DNA of 43,040 nt. Source: Macrostomum lignano. Taxonomy: Eukaryota. The DNA is taken from the NCBI GenBank assembly GCA_002269645.1, contig NIVC01004530.1:1-43040 (forward strand). The letters run 5' to 3'. Below are positions 9,365 through 22,103 of this stretch, piece by piece (position 1 is the stretch's first letter; each line of letters begins with the position of its first letter). The translations under genes were made by a program, and so were the position numbers. The notes under the pieces were generated by a model that was not told the origin of the DNA, ran no database searches, and saw only the letters and a list, made by a program, of their open reading frames with translations.

Positions 9365-10936
9365 ATGGCCTCTTATTCACAGTCACCTTTGAAAAAGAAG
9401 TCGAAGAAGGATGGGATTGCAGGTCTGACAGCTGGTCAAATGCCTACGCCTGTCACTGGCCTTGTGACGAACCTGAAAGACGTTCACACGTATAATAACA
9501 ACAAAGGTCAGGGCCAAGTGTTTTCGTTCATCTTGGTGGACGACTCATCTGAGATGCGAGTCAGCGTCTTCGGTAAGGACCTGCAAGCTGTCTGGGAAGT
9601 TTGCAACGATGCTGAAGCCGTTCGCATATCCGGCGGGATGGTGAAGACTGCCAAGCCAGAGTACAAGTGTACGGACAATCCACTTGAGATGACCGTTTCC
9701 GTGGATTCCAAGGGCTTCATCTAAAGAAGCAACGAAGTGCCGGTTGCTCGAGATCCAGTAATTAATTACACTAGTCAACTGCAACAGACTGGATTGGACA
9801 GGTGAGTGACTAATTGATTTAGTAGTTTTCGTCATGTATTAGTGCTCAAATATCGTGGAGTGAAAGTACATGTAATCGTGTTTTTGGGTGACAGTTAGTT
9901 TGCCTTGTGTTTGAAAATATTTATCATCGCAACACTGTACGAAGCCTGGGTTATTAGCTTCATGATGCTACTGTTAGTGTACAAATAGAAATCTAATGTG
10001 ATGCTTAAGTTAGTGTGTAAATAGTTAAAAAAAGTATTGCTCCCTTTCACTATCAGAATCGTCGATGTGCTGGGAGTGATCGACGCCAGGCAACCGTCTG
10101 AAGAAGTCCGAACGCGTGCTGGGAAGAAGGTTAACGTAGCCAAAGTGACTTTGGTTGACCGAACCTTCGGCTCTGTAAGCTGCACGTTTTGGGGTTCGTC
10201 GTCAGCTCAAGTGGACAGGTGGAACATCGGCGATGTTTTGTCCATAAGAAGAGCAAAGGTGCAGGAGTATTCGGGCTCCGTCACGTTGGGATGCTCGAAC
10301 TCTGACGTAAAATGCAACAGTGACGATGGTGAAGCCAGAGTCTTGGCTGACTGGTATAGGAATGCAAAGGAAGGCGATACCCGGTTTGAACCTGTGCCCG
10401 CTCCAGTGCCTACTCCAGGACTGATGAGATTGGAGACGAAAGTGTGACCACCATTCGGGAGCCTGCTGCCTTGTTTGAGTTTTATGACAAACACTCAAAG
10501 GAAATTGTGAGGGACTTCGGAAATGCCAAAAGGTGAGTGATTTTCTACAAATTTAGTTGATTATTAAATATAATAAAGTTTGTTAGGTTACAAGGTTAGA
10601 CAGGTGTTCAGTTAAGCCATTTATTTTGATAATCGCAAATTGAATAGCAAAGAGAACAGTACTTATTGTGTTGCTTTTATGTATTCATGCTTAATAGGAC
10701 TTTCTTGTCACACATATTCTATATCCTTATAAATTTTTTCTTCTCGCAGATTCGATACAGACGAGTGTCGACGGGTGATGACCGGAGTCAGTTTCACCGC
10801 AGTGGAGGTGTCGACAGTCAGGATGAGTCGAGCAGAATGTCGTTCGATGATCACAGCGTACAGAACAGCACTTCGTATCAGTGAGTTGCCACAGTTGGCG
10901 CGTGCCACTTTTTTGACCCGAGCGTCTGATGGCTGA
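9365..10936 (+). pseudogene. RPA70 (RPA1)-like, DBD-A + DBD-B OB folds plus unrecognised C-terminus; 3 exons (9365-9801, 10057-10532, 10750-10936), copy 1
   Basis: GQVFSFILVDDSSEMRVSVF resembles DBD-A [28 protein letters not shown]...LVDRTFGSVSCTFWG...EARVLADWY resembles DBD-B. Both introns are GT-AG phase 2. In-frame TAA at 9722-9724 and a frameshift at ~10390-10445. Confidence 0.85.
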
Positions 10937-11116
10937 GAGTGAAATCAAAGTCGCGTAGAGTCTCAATGAACTGATAGCCCTGAGAGAGTGCATTGAGTAA
11001 ATCCTATTTACGAGGAATGTTTCATAAGTTCCTCCTTATACTCATAGGACATAAATATAACAGTACTTAAAGTAGACATTACACAATAAATACAGTCGTC
11101 TAACATAAAATGATGC

Positions 11117-12710
11117 AGTCCCTAAACAGGAAAATACAGCCTCTAAACAGAAAATGCAGTCTCTAAACAGACAATGCAGCCTCTAAATAGACAATACAGT
11201 CTCTAAACAGACAATGCAGCCTCTAAACAGAGAATGCAGCCTCTAAATAGACAATGCAGCCTCTAAACAGACAATACAGCCTCTAAACAGACAATACAGC
11301 CTCTAAACAGACAATACAGCCTCTAAACAGAGAATGCAGCCTCTAAACAGACAATACAGCCTCTAAACAGACAATACAGCCTCTAAACAGACAATACAGC
11401 CTCTAAACAGACAATACAGCCTCTAAACAGACAATACAGCCTCTAAACAGACAATACAGCCTCTAAACAGACAATGCAGCCTCTAAACAGAGAATGCAGC
11501 CTCTAAATAGACAATACAGTCTCTAAACAGACAATACAGCCTCTAAACAGAGAATGCAGCTTCTAAATAGACAATGCAGCCTCTAAACAGAGAATGCAGC
11601 CTCTAAATAGACAATACAGTCTCTAAACAGACAATACAGCCTCTAAACAGAGAATGCAGCCTCTAAATAGACAATACAGTCTCTAAACAGAGAATGCAGT
11701 CTCTAAACAGACAATACAGCCTCTAAACAGACAATGCAGCCTCTAAACAGAGAATGCAGCCTCTAAATAGACAATGCAGCCTCTAAACAGAGAATGCAGC
11801 CTCTAAATAGACAATACAGTCTCTAAACAGACAATACAGCCTCTAAACAGAGAATGCAGCTTCTAAATAGACAATGCAGCCTCTAAACAGAGAATGCAGC
11901 CTCTAAATAGACAATACAGTCTCTAAACAGACAATACAGCCTCTAAACAGAGAATGCAGCCTCTAAATAGACAATACAGTCTCTAAACAGACAATGCAGC
12001 CTCTAAACAGAGAATGCAGCCTCTAAATAGACAATACAGTCTCTAAACAGACAATACAGCCTCTAAACAGAGAATGCAGCCTCTAAATAGACAATACAGT
12101 CTCTAAACAGACAATGCAGCCTCTAAACAGAGAATGCAGCCTCTAAATAGACAATGCAGCCTCTAAACAGACAATACAGCCTCTAAACAGAGAATGCAGC
12201 CTCTAAACAGACAATACAGTCTCTAAACAGACAATACGGCCTCTAAACAGACAATACAGCCTTTAAACAGACAATTCAGTCTCTAAACAGACAATTCAGT
12301 CTCTAAACAGACAATACAGTCTCTAAACAGAGAATGCAGCCTCTAAACAGAGAATGCAGCCTCTAAATAGACAATACAGTCTCTAAACAGACAATGCAGC
12401 CTCTAAACAGAGAATGCAGCCTCTAAATAGACAATGCAGCCTCTAAACAGACAATACGGCCTCTAAACAGACAATACAGCCTTTAAACAGACAATTCAGT
12501 CTCTAAACAGACAATTCAGTCTCTAAACAGACAATACAGTCTCTAAATAGGCAATACAGTCTCTAAACAGGCAATACAGTCTCTAAATAGGCAATACAGT
12601 CTCTAAACAGACAATACAGCCTCTAAACAGACAATAAAGCCTCTAAACAGACAATACAGCCTCTAAACAGACCATAAAGTACAGTCAGTAAACAGACAAT
12701 AAAGCCTCTA
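11117..12710. repeat. 20-bp satellite array (~80 copies)
   Basis: CAG(C/T)CTCTAAA(C/T)AGA(C/G)AAT(A/G) repeats with 60-bp trimer periodicity in parts. Confidence 0.97.
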
Positions 12711-12711
12711 A

Positions 12712-13031
12712 TACGTCAGTTTGAGGCAGGTATCTGACTTTAACTGGTTTTAAACCCCCCCCCGCGCCGGCCTGGCCTCGCTTTGGTGGGTTGGTGGGGT
12801 GCTGGTGCACTGCGTGCGTGCAGGGCTTAGCGCAGCCTCCCCCCCGCTCTGTGCTATTTAGTCACGCGTCGCGGCCGCTGAGTCGGCGTAATTTTGGCAA
12901 AATATTTTTTTCTCTTTTAAATTACAAAATCAATATATTTCGTCGCTTAAGGGGTTCGTTTTCCCTTTCTGGGCCGCGTCTGCCGGTCTTTTGTGCCACT
13001 TGCTTTTATTCTGCGTTAGTCTTTTGGGGTT
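12712..13031. other. ~320-bp GC-rich insertion at the satellite/unit junction (possible MITE)
   Basis: Interrupts the satellite (cctctaa | ... | taaacagacc). Contains TTAAACCCC...GGGGTTTAA short inverted ends. Absent at the other junction type. Confidence 0.5.
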
Positions 13032-14040
13032 TAAACAGACCATAAAATACAGCCTCTAAACAGACCATAAAATACAGTCAGTAAACAGAAATAGTACAGG
13101 TATAAGCAGGTCAAACATGTATGTATAATTGGAATTTATGAAGCAGCCCTCATTGAGAGTAGGTTGACTGCATCTTAACTGGGCTAAAAGAGTTTGTGAA
13201 TGGTGTATAGGAGCTGCTCTATATACCCTGTGGTTCCAGACTCTAAAAGGAGCATTTGCAGTCAAGCTCTGTAGCAGCCTTAAGCAGAGCTGAGCGACTC
13301 AATGTTTGGTTTGAGAATGAGTGTCTCTACATTTGCTTACACCGAATGCATGCAATTGAGCAGTGACGCGAGTCGGCAGGTAGTCAGGATGGCATATACA
13401 TGTAAATTTTTGTACCGCTAAAGCTATACTGGCTGCTTGTCGATGGCATCATCTGCTGAAGCGACAGTCGATCCTTTTGTAATAAATTATTACATTTTTC
13501 AATATCTGTACGAAATATTAAACTTGCTCAGCGTTAGTAGTCAGAAGCAGATCATACATATATCGTTGGAATAAATACAAGTGTTTGTTTAACTTTTGTT
13601 TCAATTTTTAAACTTCAATTTGTGGTTGTTAATAGTTTAAAATTTAATTTGCCGTTTGCTTCTTTGTTAGTTATAGCAGTTAAAGATGGATCAAACAGTT
13701 TTTTGTACTGTGTATAATAATCGAAAAACTTATAAATGTTTAATAGTTCGGCGAATTCATTCATGCAGTTTCGTATTGTTCTACTTTCAAAGTAAGCCAG
13801 TATGAAATGGTAAGTGTGTATGTACGGTCATTCTTTGTCATGACATGCTATGGTGAGAATGAATTATACTTTGAATATTTCATGGCATTAGAATATTCTG
13901 TTCACAAAACTTTGTACTGGTGCGCCATTCTTTCAAAAGTCCAAAAAAATAAATAAGTCTATCGCGGATTTTAATCAAAAGTCAAAAAAGTAATATAGTT
14001 TACTAAGATATAGTTTATTTATATATATTAAAATAAATAT

Positions 14041-14614
14041 TCATTGGAAATTCATTGGCTGCGGCTGCTGTTGCTGCGGCTGCTGTTGCTGCTGCTGCGG
14101 CTGCTGCTGCTGCTGTTGCTGCTGCTGCGGCTGCTGCTGCTGCTGTTGCTGCGGCTGCTGTTGCTGCTGCTGCGGCTGCTGCTGCTGCTGTTGCTGCGGC
14201 TGCTGATGCTGCTGCTGTTGCTGCGGCTGCTCCTGTTGCTGCGGCTGCTGCGGCTGCTGCTGCTGCTGTTGCTGCTGCTGTTGCTGCTGCAGAAGGCGGG
14301 CGGCGGCCTTCATCGCGTTGCAGCTGGCTACGCGGTGGCGGCCTCCGCAGAAGAAACAAACGACTGGCAATTAAAAGAAGGGAAATTTTTGCAAAATTTA
14401 TCAGTAATAATACGAGTAGCATGAAAGTCGGTAACAGGCTACAATTAGATTAAATTTAGGACTATACTCGAATGTACTCAAAGCTGAAGATTTACAGTGT
14501 CTTAGGAAGGTACTCACTACTCTTTCCGCGTGGGCCGCTGCCGCGCTGCCAGCCGCCTCGCCTACCGCTGCCGCCTCGCCTTCTACCGCCGCCGAATATT
14601 TGTGTAATATGCAT
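14041..14614 (-). CDS. RG-rich / CCHC knuckle / polyQ protein, copy 2
   Basis: Same sequence as copy 1 at offset +6023. Confidence 0.6.
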
Positions 14615-15387
14615 CTTATCTTTTTATTATTATGACTCTAAAAACGAATCAGACTATATAGGCACTGAAACTGAGGTGTAGGGGCGAATAAAATAGGGGT
14701 TATGGGTTGTGCGTCGTCGCTTCGCTGAGCCTTAGGGTGGTTTTCTGTACAAGTCTGAGGCTTCCTATTGGTCGGTTGTGCAAGCGAGGGTGTGCAGGTC
14801 GGGGCTTTAGAGCGGCGATTGGTCTACAAATTGTCTAGCGTACTGGTGGCCATGCAGCCTGACTTGAGGGTCGCCTGTTTTTCTTTCCCGGCTTAGAAGG
14901 TGCGAAAATGGCTGAACCAGTCAGCCGCGCCATACAAGTTTTGTTTGTACAGTGAAGTACATGCGACCGCGAACTCTTAAAGTATTGCCTACACTTGCTG
15001 AGTCAGTCGGTGAGAATTGTGTCACCATAAAACGAGATAGCAAACAAACAAAAGTATCAGGTGAGAAAAGTGAGGAGACCTTAGCTTACAGCAGAGGGTG
15101 CAGTGTGTGCTTTAATGCTGGGCACGGGAGTGATTGGGGTGGGTTGTGTGTCCAGCCAATTAGATTGTGTAATAAAAATAAAAATGAATGCAAAATTGAG
15201 TACAATGTACTGGGCTGGAGGGGAGGTGGTGTTTTTTCGTGGCTACTTTTATTTCAACATATATACTTTGTGATTTGTTGAGCCTATTTTGTTGTCTTAA
15301 AGTTAAAGCTTATCATTGCTTAGAAAAAGTTTGATTGATACTTTTTATCAGTTCCTTTTTCGACTGTTGGATAATTCTTTGTGCAAA

Positions 15388-16959
15388 ATGGCCTCTTATT
15401 CACAGTCACCTTTGAAAAAGAAGTCGAAGAAGGATGGGATTGCAGGTCTGACAGCTGGTCAAATGCCTACGCCTGTCACTGGCCTTGTGACGAACCTGAA
15501 AGACGTTCACACGTATAATAACAACAAAGGTCAGGGCCAAGTGTTTTCGTTCATCTTGGTGGACGACTCATCTGAGATGCGAGTCAGCGTCTTCGGTAAG
15601 GACCTGCAAGCTGTCTGGGAAGTTTGCAACGATGCTGAAGCCGTTCGCATATCCGGCGGGATGGTGAAGACTGCCAAGCCAGAGTACAAGTGTACGGACA
15701 ATCCACTTGAGATGACCGTTTCCGTGGATTCCAAGGGCTTCATCTAAAGAAGCAACGAAGTGCCGGTTGCTCGAGATCCAGTAATTAATTACACTAGTCA
15801 ACTGCAACAGACTGGATTGGACAGGTGAGTGACTAATTGATTTAGTAGTTTTCGTCATGTATTAGTGCTCAAATATCGTGGAGTGAAAGTACATGTAATC
15901 GTGTTTTTGGGTGACAGTTAGTTTGCCTTGTGTTTGAAAATATTTATCATCGCAACACTGTACGAAGCCTGGGTTATTAGCTTCATGATGCTACTGTTAG
16001 TGTACAAATAGAAATCTAATGTGATGCTTAAGTTAGTGTGTAAATAGTTAAAAAAAGTATTGCTCCCTTTCACTATCAGAATCGTCGATGTGCTGGGAGT
16101 GATCGACGCCAGGCAACCGTCTGAAGAAGTCCGAACGCGTGCTGGGAAGAAGGTTAACGTAGCCAAAGTGACTTTGGTTGACCGAACCTTCGGCTCTGTA
16201 AGCTGCACGTTTTGGGGTTCGTCGTCAGCTCAAGTGGACAGGTGGAACATCGGCGATGTTTTGTCCATAAGAAGAGCAAAGGTGCAGGAGTATTCGGGCT
16301 CCGTCACGTTGGGATGCTCGAACTCTGACGTAAAATGCAACAGTGACGATGGTGAAGCCAGAGTCTTGGCTGACTGGTATAGGAATGCAAAGGAAGGCGA
16401 TACCCGGTTTGAACCTGTGCCCGCTCCAGTGCCTACTCCAGGACTGATGAGATTGGAGACGAAAGTGTGACCACCATTCGGGAGCCTGCTGCCTTGTTTG
16501 AGTTTTATGACAAACACTCAAAGGAAATTGTGAGGGACTTCGGAAATGCCAAAAGGTGAGTGATTTTCTACAAATTTAGTTGATTATTAAATATAATAAA
16601 GTTTGTTAGGTTACAAGGTTAGACAGGTGTTCAGTTAAGCCATTTATTTTGATAATCGCAAATTGAATAGCAAAGAGAACAGTACTTATTGTGTTGCTTT
16701 TATGTATTCATGCTTAATAGGACTTTCTTGTCACACATATTCTATATCCTTATAAATTTTTTCTTCTCGCAGATTCGATACAGACGAGTGTCGACGGGTG
16801 ATGACCGGAGTCAGTTTCACCGCAGTGGAGGTGTCGACAGTCAGGATGAGTCGAGCAGAATGTCGTTCGATGATCACAGCGTACAGAACAGCACTTCGTA
16901 TCAGTGAGTTGCCACAGTTGGCGCGTGCCACTTTTTTGACCCGAGCGTCTGATGGCTGA
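15388..16959 (+). pseudogene. RPA70-like gene, copy 2
   Basis: Offset +6023. Same TAA (15745-15747) and same frameshift. Confidence 0.85.
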
Positions 16960-17139
16960 GAGTGAAATCAAAGTCGCGTAGAGTCTCAATGAACTGATAG
17001 CCCTGAAAGAGTGCATTGAGTAAATCCTATTTACGAGGAATGTTTCATAAGTTCCTCCTTATACTCATAGGACATAAATATAACAGTACTTAAAGTAGAC
17101 ATTACACAATAAATACAGTCGTCTAACATAAAATGATGC

Positions 17140-18045
17140 AGTCCCTAAACAGGAAAATACAGCCTCTAAACAGAAAATGCAGTCTCTAAACAGACAATGC
17201 AGCCTCTAAATAGACAATACAGTCTCTAAACAGACAATGCAGCCTCTAAACAGAGAATGCAGCCTCTAAATAGACAATGCAGCCTCTAAACAGACAATAC
17301 AGCCTCTAAACAGACAATACAGCCTCTAAACAGACAATACAGCCTCTAAACAGAGAATGCAGCCTCTAAACAGACAATACAGCCTCTAAACAGACAATAC
17401 AGCCTCTAAACAGACAATACAGCCTCTAAACAGACAATACAGCCTCTAAACAGACAATACAGCCTCTAAACAGACAATACAGCCTCTAAACAGACAATAC
17501 AGCCTCTAAACAGAGAATGCAGCCTCTAAATAGACAATGCAGCCTCTAAACAGACAATACAGCCTCTAAACAGACAATACAGCCTCTAAACAGACAATAC
17601 AGCCTCTAAACAGAGAATGCAGCCTCTAAATAGACAATGCAGCCTCTAAACAGAGAATGCAGCCTCTAAATAGACAATACAGTCTCTAAACAGACAATAC
17701 AGCCTCTAAACAGAGAATGCAGCTTCTAAATAGACAATGCAGCCTCTAAACAGAGAATGCAGCCTCTAAATAGACAATACAGTCTCTAAACAGACAATAC
17801 AGCCTCTAAACAGAGAATGCAGCCTCTAAATAGACAATACAGTCTCTAAACAGAGAATGCAGTCTCTAAACAGACAATACAGCCTCTAAACACACAATAC
17901 AGCCTTTAAACAGACAATACAGTCGTTTAACAGACAATACAGCCTCTAAACAGACAATACAGTCGTTTAACAGACAATACAGCCTCTAAACAGACAATAA
18001 TACAGTCACTAATACAGCCTCTAAACAGACCATAAAATACAGTCA
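17140..18045. repeat. 20-bp satellite array (~45 copies)
   Basis: Direct repeats. Confidence 0.97.
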
Positions 18046-19005
18046 GTAAACAGATATAGTACAGGTATAAGCAGGTCAAACCTGTATGTATAATTGGAAT
18101 TTATGAAGCAGCCCTCATTGAGAGTAGGTTGACTGCATCTTAACTGGGCTAAAAGAGTTTGTGAATGGTGTATAGGAGCTGCTCTATATACCCTGTGGTT
18201 CCAGACTCTAAAAGGAGCATTTGCAGTCAAGCTCTGTAGCAGCCTTAAGCAGAGCTGAGCGACTTAATGTTTGGTTTGAGAATGAATGTCTCTACATTTG
18301 CTTACACCGAATGCATGCAATTGAGCAGTGACGCGAGTCGGCAGGTAGTCAGGATGGCATATACATGTGCATTTTTGTACCGCTAAAGCTATACTGGCTG
18401 CTTGTCGATGGCATCATCTGCTGAAGCGACAGTCGATCCTTTTGTAATAAATTATTACATTTTTCAATATCTGTACGAAATATTAAACTTGCTCAGCGTT
18501 AGTAGTCAGAAGCAGATCATACATATATCGTTGGAATAAATACAAGTGTTTGTTTAACTTTTGTTTCAATTTTTAAACTTCAATTTGTGGTTGTTAATAG
18601 TTTAAAATTTAATTTGCCGTTTGCTTCTTTGTTAGTTATAGCAGTTAAAGATGGATAAAACAGTTTTTTGTACTGTGTATAATAATCGAAAAACTTATAA
18701 ATGTTTAATAGTTCGGCGAATTCATTCATGCAGTTTCGTATTGTTCTACTTTCAAAGTAAGCCAGTATGAAATGGTAAGTGTGTATGTACGGTCATTCTT
18801 TGTCATGACATGCTATGGTGAGAATGAATTATACTTTGAATATTTCATGGCATTAGAATATTCTGTTCACAAAACTTTGTACTGGTGCGCCATTCTTTCA
18901 AAAGTCCAAAAAAATAAATAAGTCTATCGCGGATTTTAATCAAAAGTCAAAAAAGTAATATAGTTTACTAAGATATAGTTTATTTATATATATTAAAATA
19001 AATAT

Positions 19006-19579
19006 TCATTGGAAATTCATTGGCTGCGGCTGCTGTTGCTGCGGCTGCTGTTGCTGCTGCTGCGGCTGCTGCTGCTGCTGTTGCTGCTGCTGCGGCTGCT
19101 GCTGCTGCTGTTGCTGCGGCTGCTGTTGCTGCTGCTGCGGCTGCTGCTGCTGCTGTTGCTGCGGCTGCTGATGCTGCTGCTGTTGCTGCGGCTGCTCCTG
19201 TTGCTGCGGCTGCTGCGGCTGCTGCTGCTGCTGTTGCTGCTGCTGTTGCTGCTGCAGAAGGCGGGCGGCGGCCTTCATCGCGTTGCAGCTGGCTACGCGG
19301 TGGCGGCCTCCGCAGAAGAAACAAACGACTGGCAATTAAAAGAAGGGAAATTTTTGCAAAATTTATCAGTAATAATACGAGTAGCATGAAAGTCGGTAAC
19401 AGGCTACAATTAGATTAAATTTAGGACTATACTCGAATGTACTCAAAGCTGAAGATTTACAGTGTCTTAGGAAGGTACTCACTACTCTTTCCGCGTGGGC
19501 CGCTGCCGCGCTGCCAGCCGCCTCGCCTACCGCTGCCGCCTCGCCTTCTACCGCCGCCGAATATTTGTGTAATATGCAT
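19006..19579 (-). CDS. RG-rich / CCHC knuckle / polyQ protein, copy 3
   Basis: Same sequence as copy 1 at offset +10988. Confidence 0.6.
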
Positions 19580-20351
19580 CTTATCTTTTTATTATTATGA
19601 CTCTAAAAACGAATCAGACTATATAGGCACTGAAACTGAGGTGTAGGGCGAATAAAATAGGGGTTATGGGTTGTGCGTCGTCGCTTCGCTGAGCCTTAGG
19701 GTGGTTTTCTGTACAAGTCTGAGGCTTCCTATTGGTCGGTTGTGCAAGCGAGGGTGTGCAGGTCGGGGCTTTAGAGCGGCGATTGGTCTACAAATTGTCT
19801 AGCGTACTGGTGGCCATGCAGCCTGACTTGAGGGTCGCCTGTTTTTCTTTCCCGGCTTAGAAGGTGCGAAAATGGCTGAACCAGTCAGCCGCGCCATACA
19901 AGTTTTGTTTGTACAGTGAAGTACATGCGACCGCGAACTCTTAAAGTATTGCCTACACTTGCTGAGTCAGTCGGTGAGAATTGTGTCACCATAAAACGAG
20001 ATAGCAAACAAACAAAAGTATCAGGTGAGAAAAGTGAGGAGACCTTAGCTTACAGCAGAGGGTGCAGTGTGTGCTTTAATGCTGGGCACGGGAGTGATTG
20101 GGGTGGGTTGTGTGTCCAGCCAATTAGATTGTGTAATAAAAATAAAAATGAATGCAAAATTGAGTACAATGTACTGGGCTGGAGGGGAGGTGGTGTTTTT
20201 TCGTGGCTACTTTTATTTCAACATATATACTTTGTGATTTGTTGAGCCTATTTTGTTGTCTTAAAGTTAAAGCTTATCATTGCTTAGAAAAAGTTTGATT
20301 GATACTTTTTATCAGTTCCTTTTTCGACTGTTGGATAATTCTTTGTGCAAA

Positions 20352-21923
20352 ATGGCCTCTTATTCACAGTCACCTTTGAAAAAGAAGTCGAAGAAGGATG
20401 GGATTGCAGGTCTGACAGCTGGTCAAATGCCTACGCCTGTCACTGGCCTTGTGACGAACCTGAAAGACGTTCACACGTATAATAACAACAAAGGTCAGGG
20501 CCAAGTGTTTTCGTTCATCTTGGTGGACGACTCATCTGAGATGCGAGTCAGCGTCTTCGGTAAGGACCTGCAAGCTGTCTGGGAAGTTTGCAACGATGCT
20601 GAAGCCGTTCGCATATCCGGCGGGATGGTGAAGACTGCCAAGCCAGAGTACAAGTGTACGGACAATCCACTTGAGATGACCGTTTCCGTGGATTCCAAGG
20701 GCTTCATCTAAAGAAGCAACGAAGTGCCGGTTGCTCGAGATCCAGTAATTAATTACACTAGTCAACTGCAACAGACTGGATTGGACAGGTGAGTGACTAA
20801 TTGATTTAGTAGTTTTCGTCATGTATTAGTGCTCAAATATCGTGGAGTGAAAGTACATGTAATCGTGTTTTTGGGTGACAGTTAGTTTGCCTTGTGTTTG
20901 AAAATATTTATCATCGCAACACTGTACGAAGCCTGGGTTATTAGCTTCATGATGCTACTGTTAGTGTACAAATAGAAATCTAATGTGATGCTTAAGTTAG
21001 TGTGTAAATAGTTAAAAAAAGTATTGCTCCCTTTCACTATCAGAATCGTCGATGTGCTGGGAGTGATCGACGCCAGGCAACCGTCTGAAGAAGTCCGAAC
21101 GCGTGCTGGGAAGAAGGTTAACGTAGCCAAAGTGACTTTGGTTGACCGAACCTTCGGCTCTGTAAGCTGCACGTTTTGGGGTTCGTCGTCAGCTCAAGTG
21201 GACAGGTGGAACATCGGCGATGTTTTGTCCATAAGAAGAGCAAAGGTGCAGGAGTATTCGGGCTCCGTCACGTTGGGATGCTCGAACTCTGACGTAAAAT
21301 GCAACAGTGACGATGGTGAAGCCAGAGTCTTGGCTGACTGGTATAGGAATGCAAAGGAAGGCGATACCCGGTTTGAACCTGTGCCCGCTCCAGTGCCTAC
21401 TCCAGGACTGATGAGATTGGAGACGAAAGTGTGACCACCATTCGGGAGCCTGCTGCCTTGTTTGAGTTTTATGACAAACACTCAAAGGAAATTGTGAGGG
21501 ACTTCGGAAATGCCAAAAGGTGAGTGATTTTCTACAAATTTAGTTGATTATTAAATATAATAAAGTTTGTTAGGTTACAAGGTTAGACAGGTGTTCAGTT
21601 AAGCCATTTATTTTGATAATCGCAAATTGAATAGCAAAGAGAACAGTACTTATTGTGTTGCTTTTATGTATTCATGCTTAATAGGACTTTCTTGTCACAC
21701 ATATTCTATATCCTTATAAATTTTTTCTTCTCGCAGATTCGATACAGACGAGTGTCGACGGGTGATGACCGGAGTCAGTTTCACCGCAGTGGAGGTGTCG
21801 ACAGTCAGGATGAGTCGAGCAGAATGTCGTTCGATGATCACAGCGTACAGAACAGCACTTCGTATCAGTGAGTTGCCACAGTTGGCGCGTGCCACTTTTT
21901 TGACCCGAGCGTCTGATGGCTGA
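20352..21923 (+). pseudogene. RPA70-like gene, copy 3
   Basis: Offset +10987. Same TAA (20709-20711) and same frameshift. Confidence 0.85.
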
Positions 21924-22103
21924 GAGTGAAATCAAAGTCGCGTAGAGTCTCAATGAACTGATAGCCCTGAGAGAGTGCATTGAGTAAATCCTATTTACGA
22001 GGAATGTTTCATAAGTTCCTCCTTATACTCATAGGACATAAATATAACAGTACTTAAAGTAGACATTACACAATAAATACAGTCGTCTAACATAAAATGA
22101 TGC

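Noticed and set aside
9722-9724. Alternative genetic code (TAA = Gln/Glu), suggested by in-frame TAAs in the RPA-like gene, copia pol (37141) and LINE C
   Set aside because: The same elements also have frameshifts, copia pol terminates normally at TAA (35929), and single C/G-to-T changes explain each case.
9365-10936. Telomere-binding POT1/CST subunit or canonical host RPA1
   Set aside because: Motifs match RPA70 DBD-A/B rather than POT1/STN1, but DBD-F and DBD-C are absent and the gene is multicopy in mobile DNA. No gene symbol assigned.
11117-12710. CRISPR-like array
   Set aside because: Contiguous 20-bp monomers with no unique spacers, no cas genes, and a eukaryotic context.
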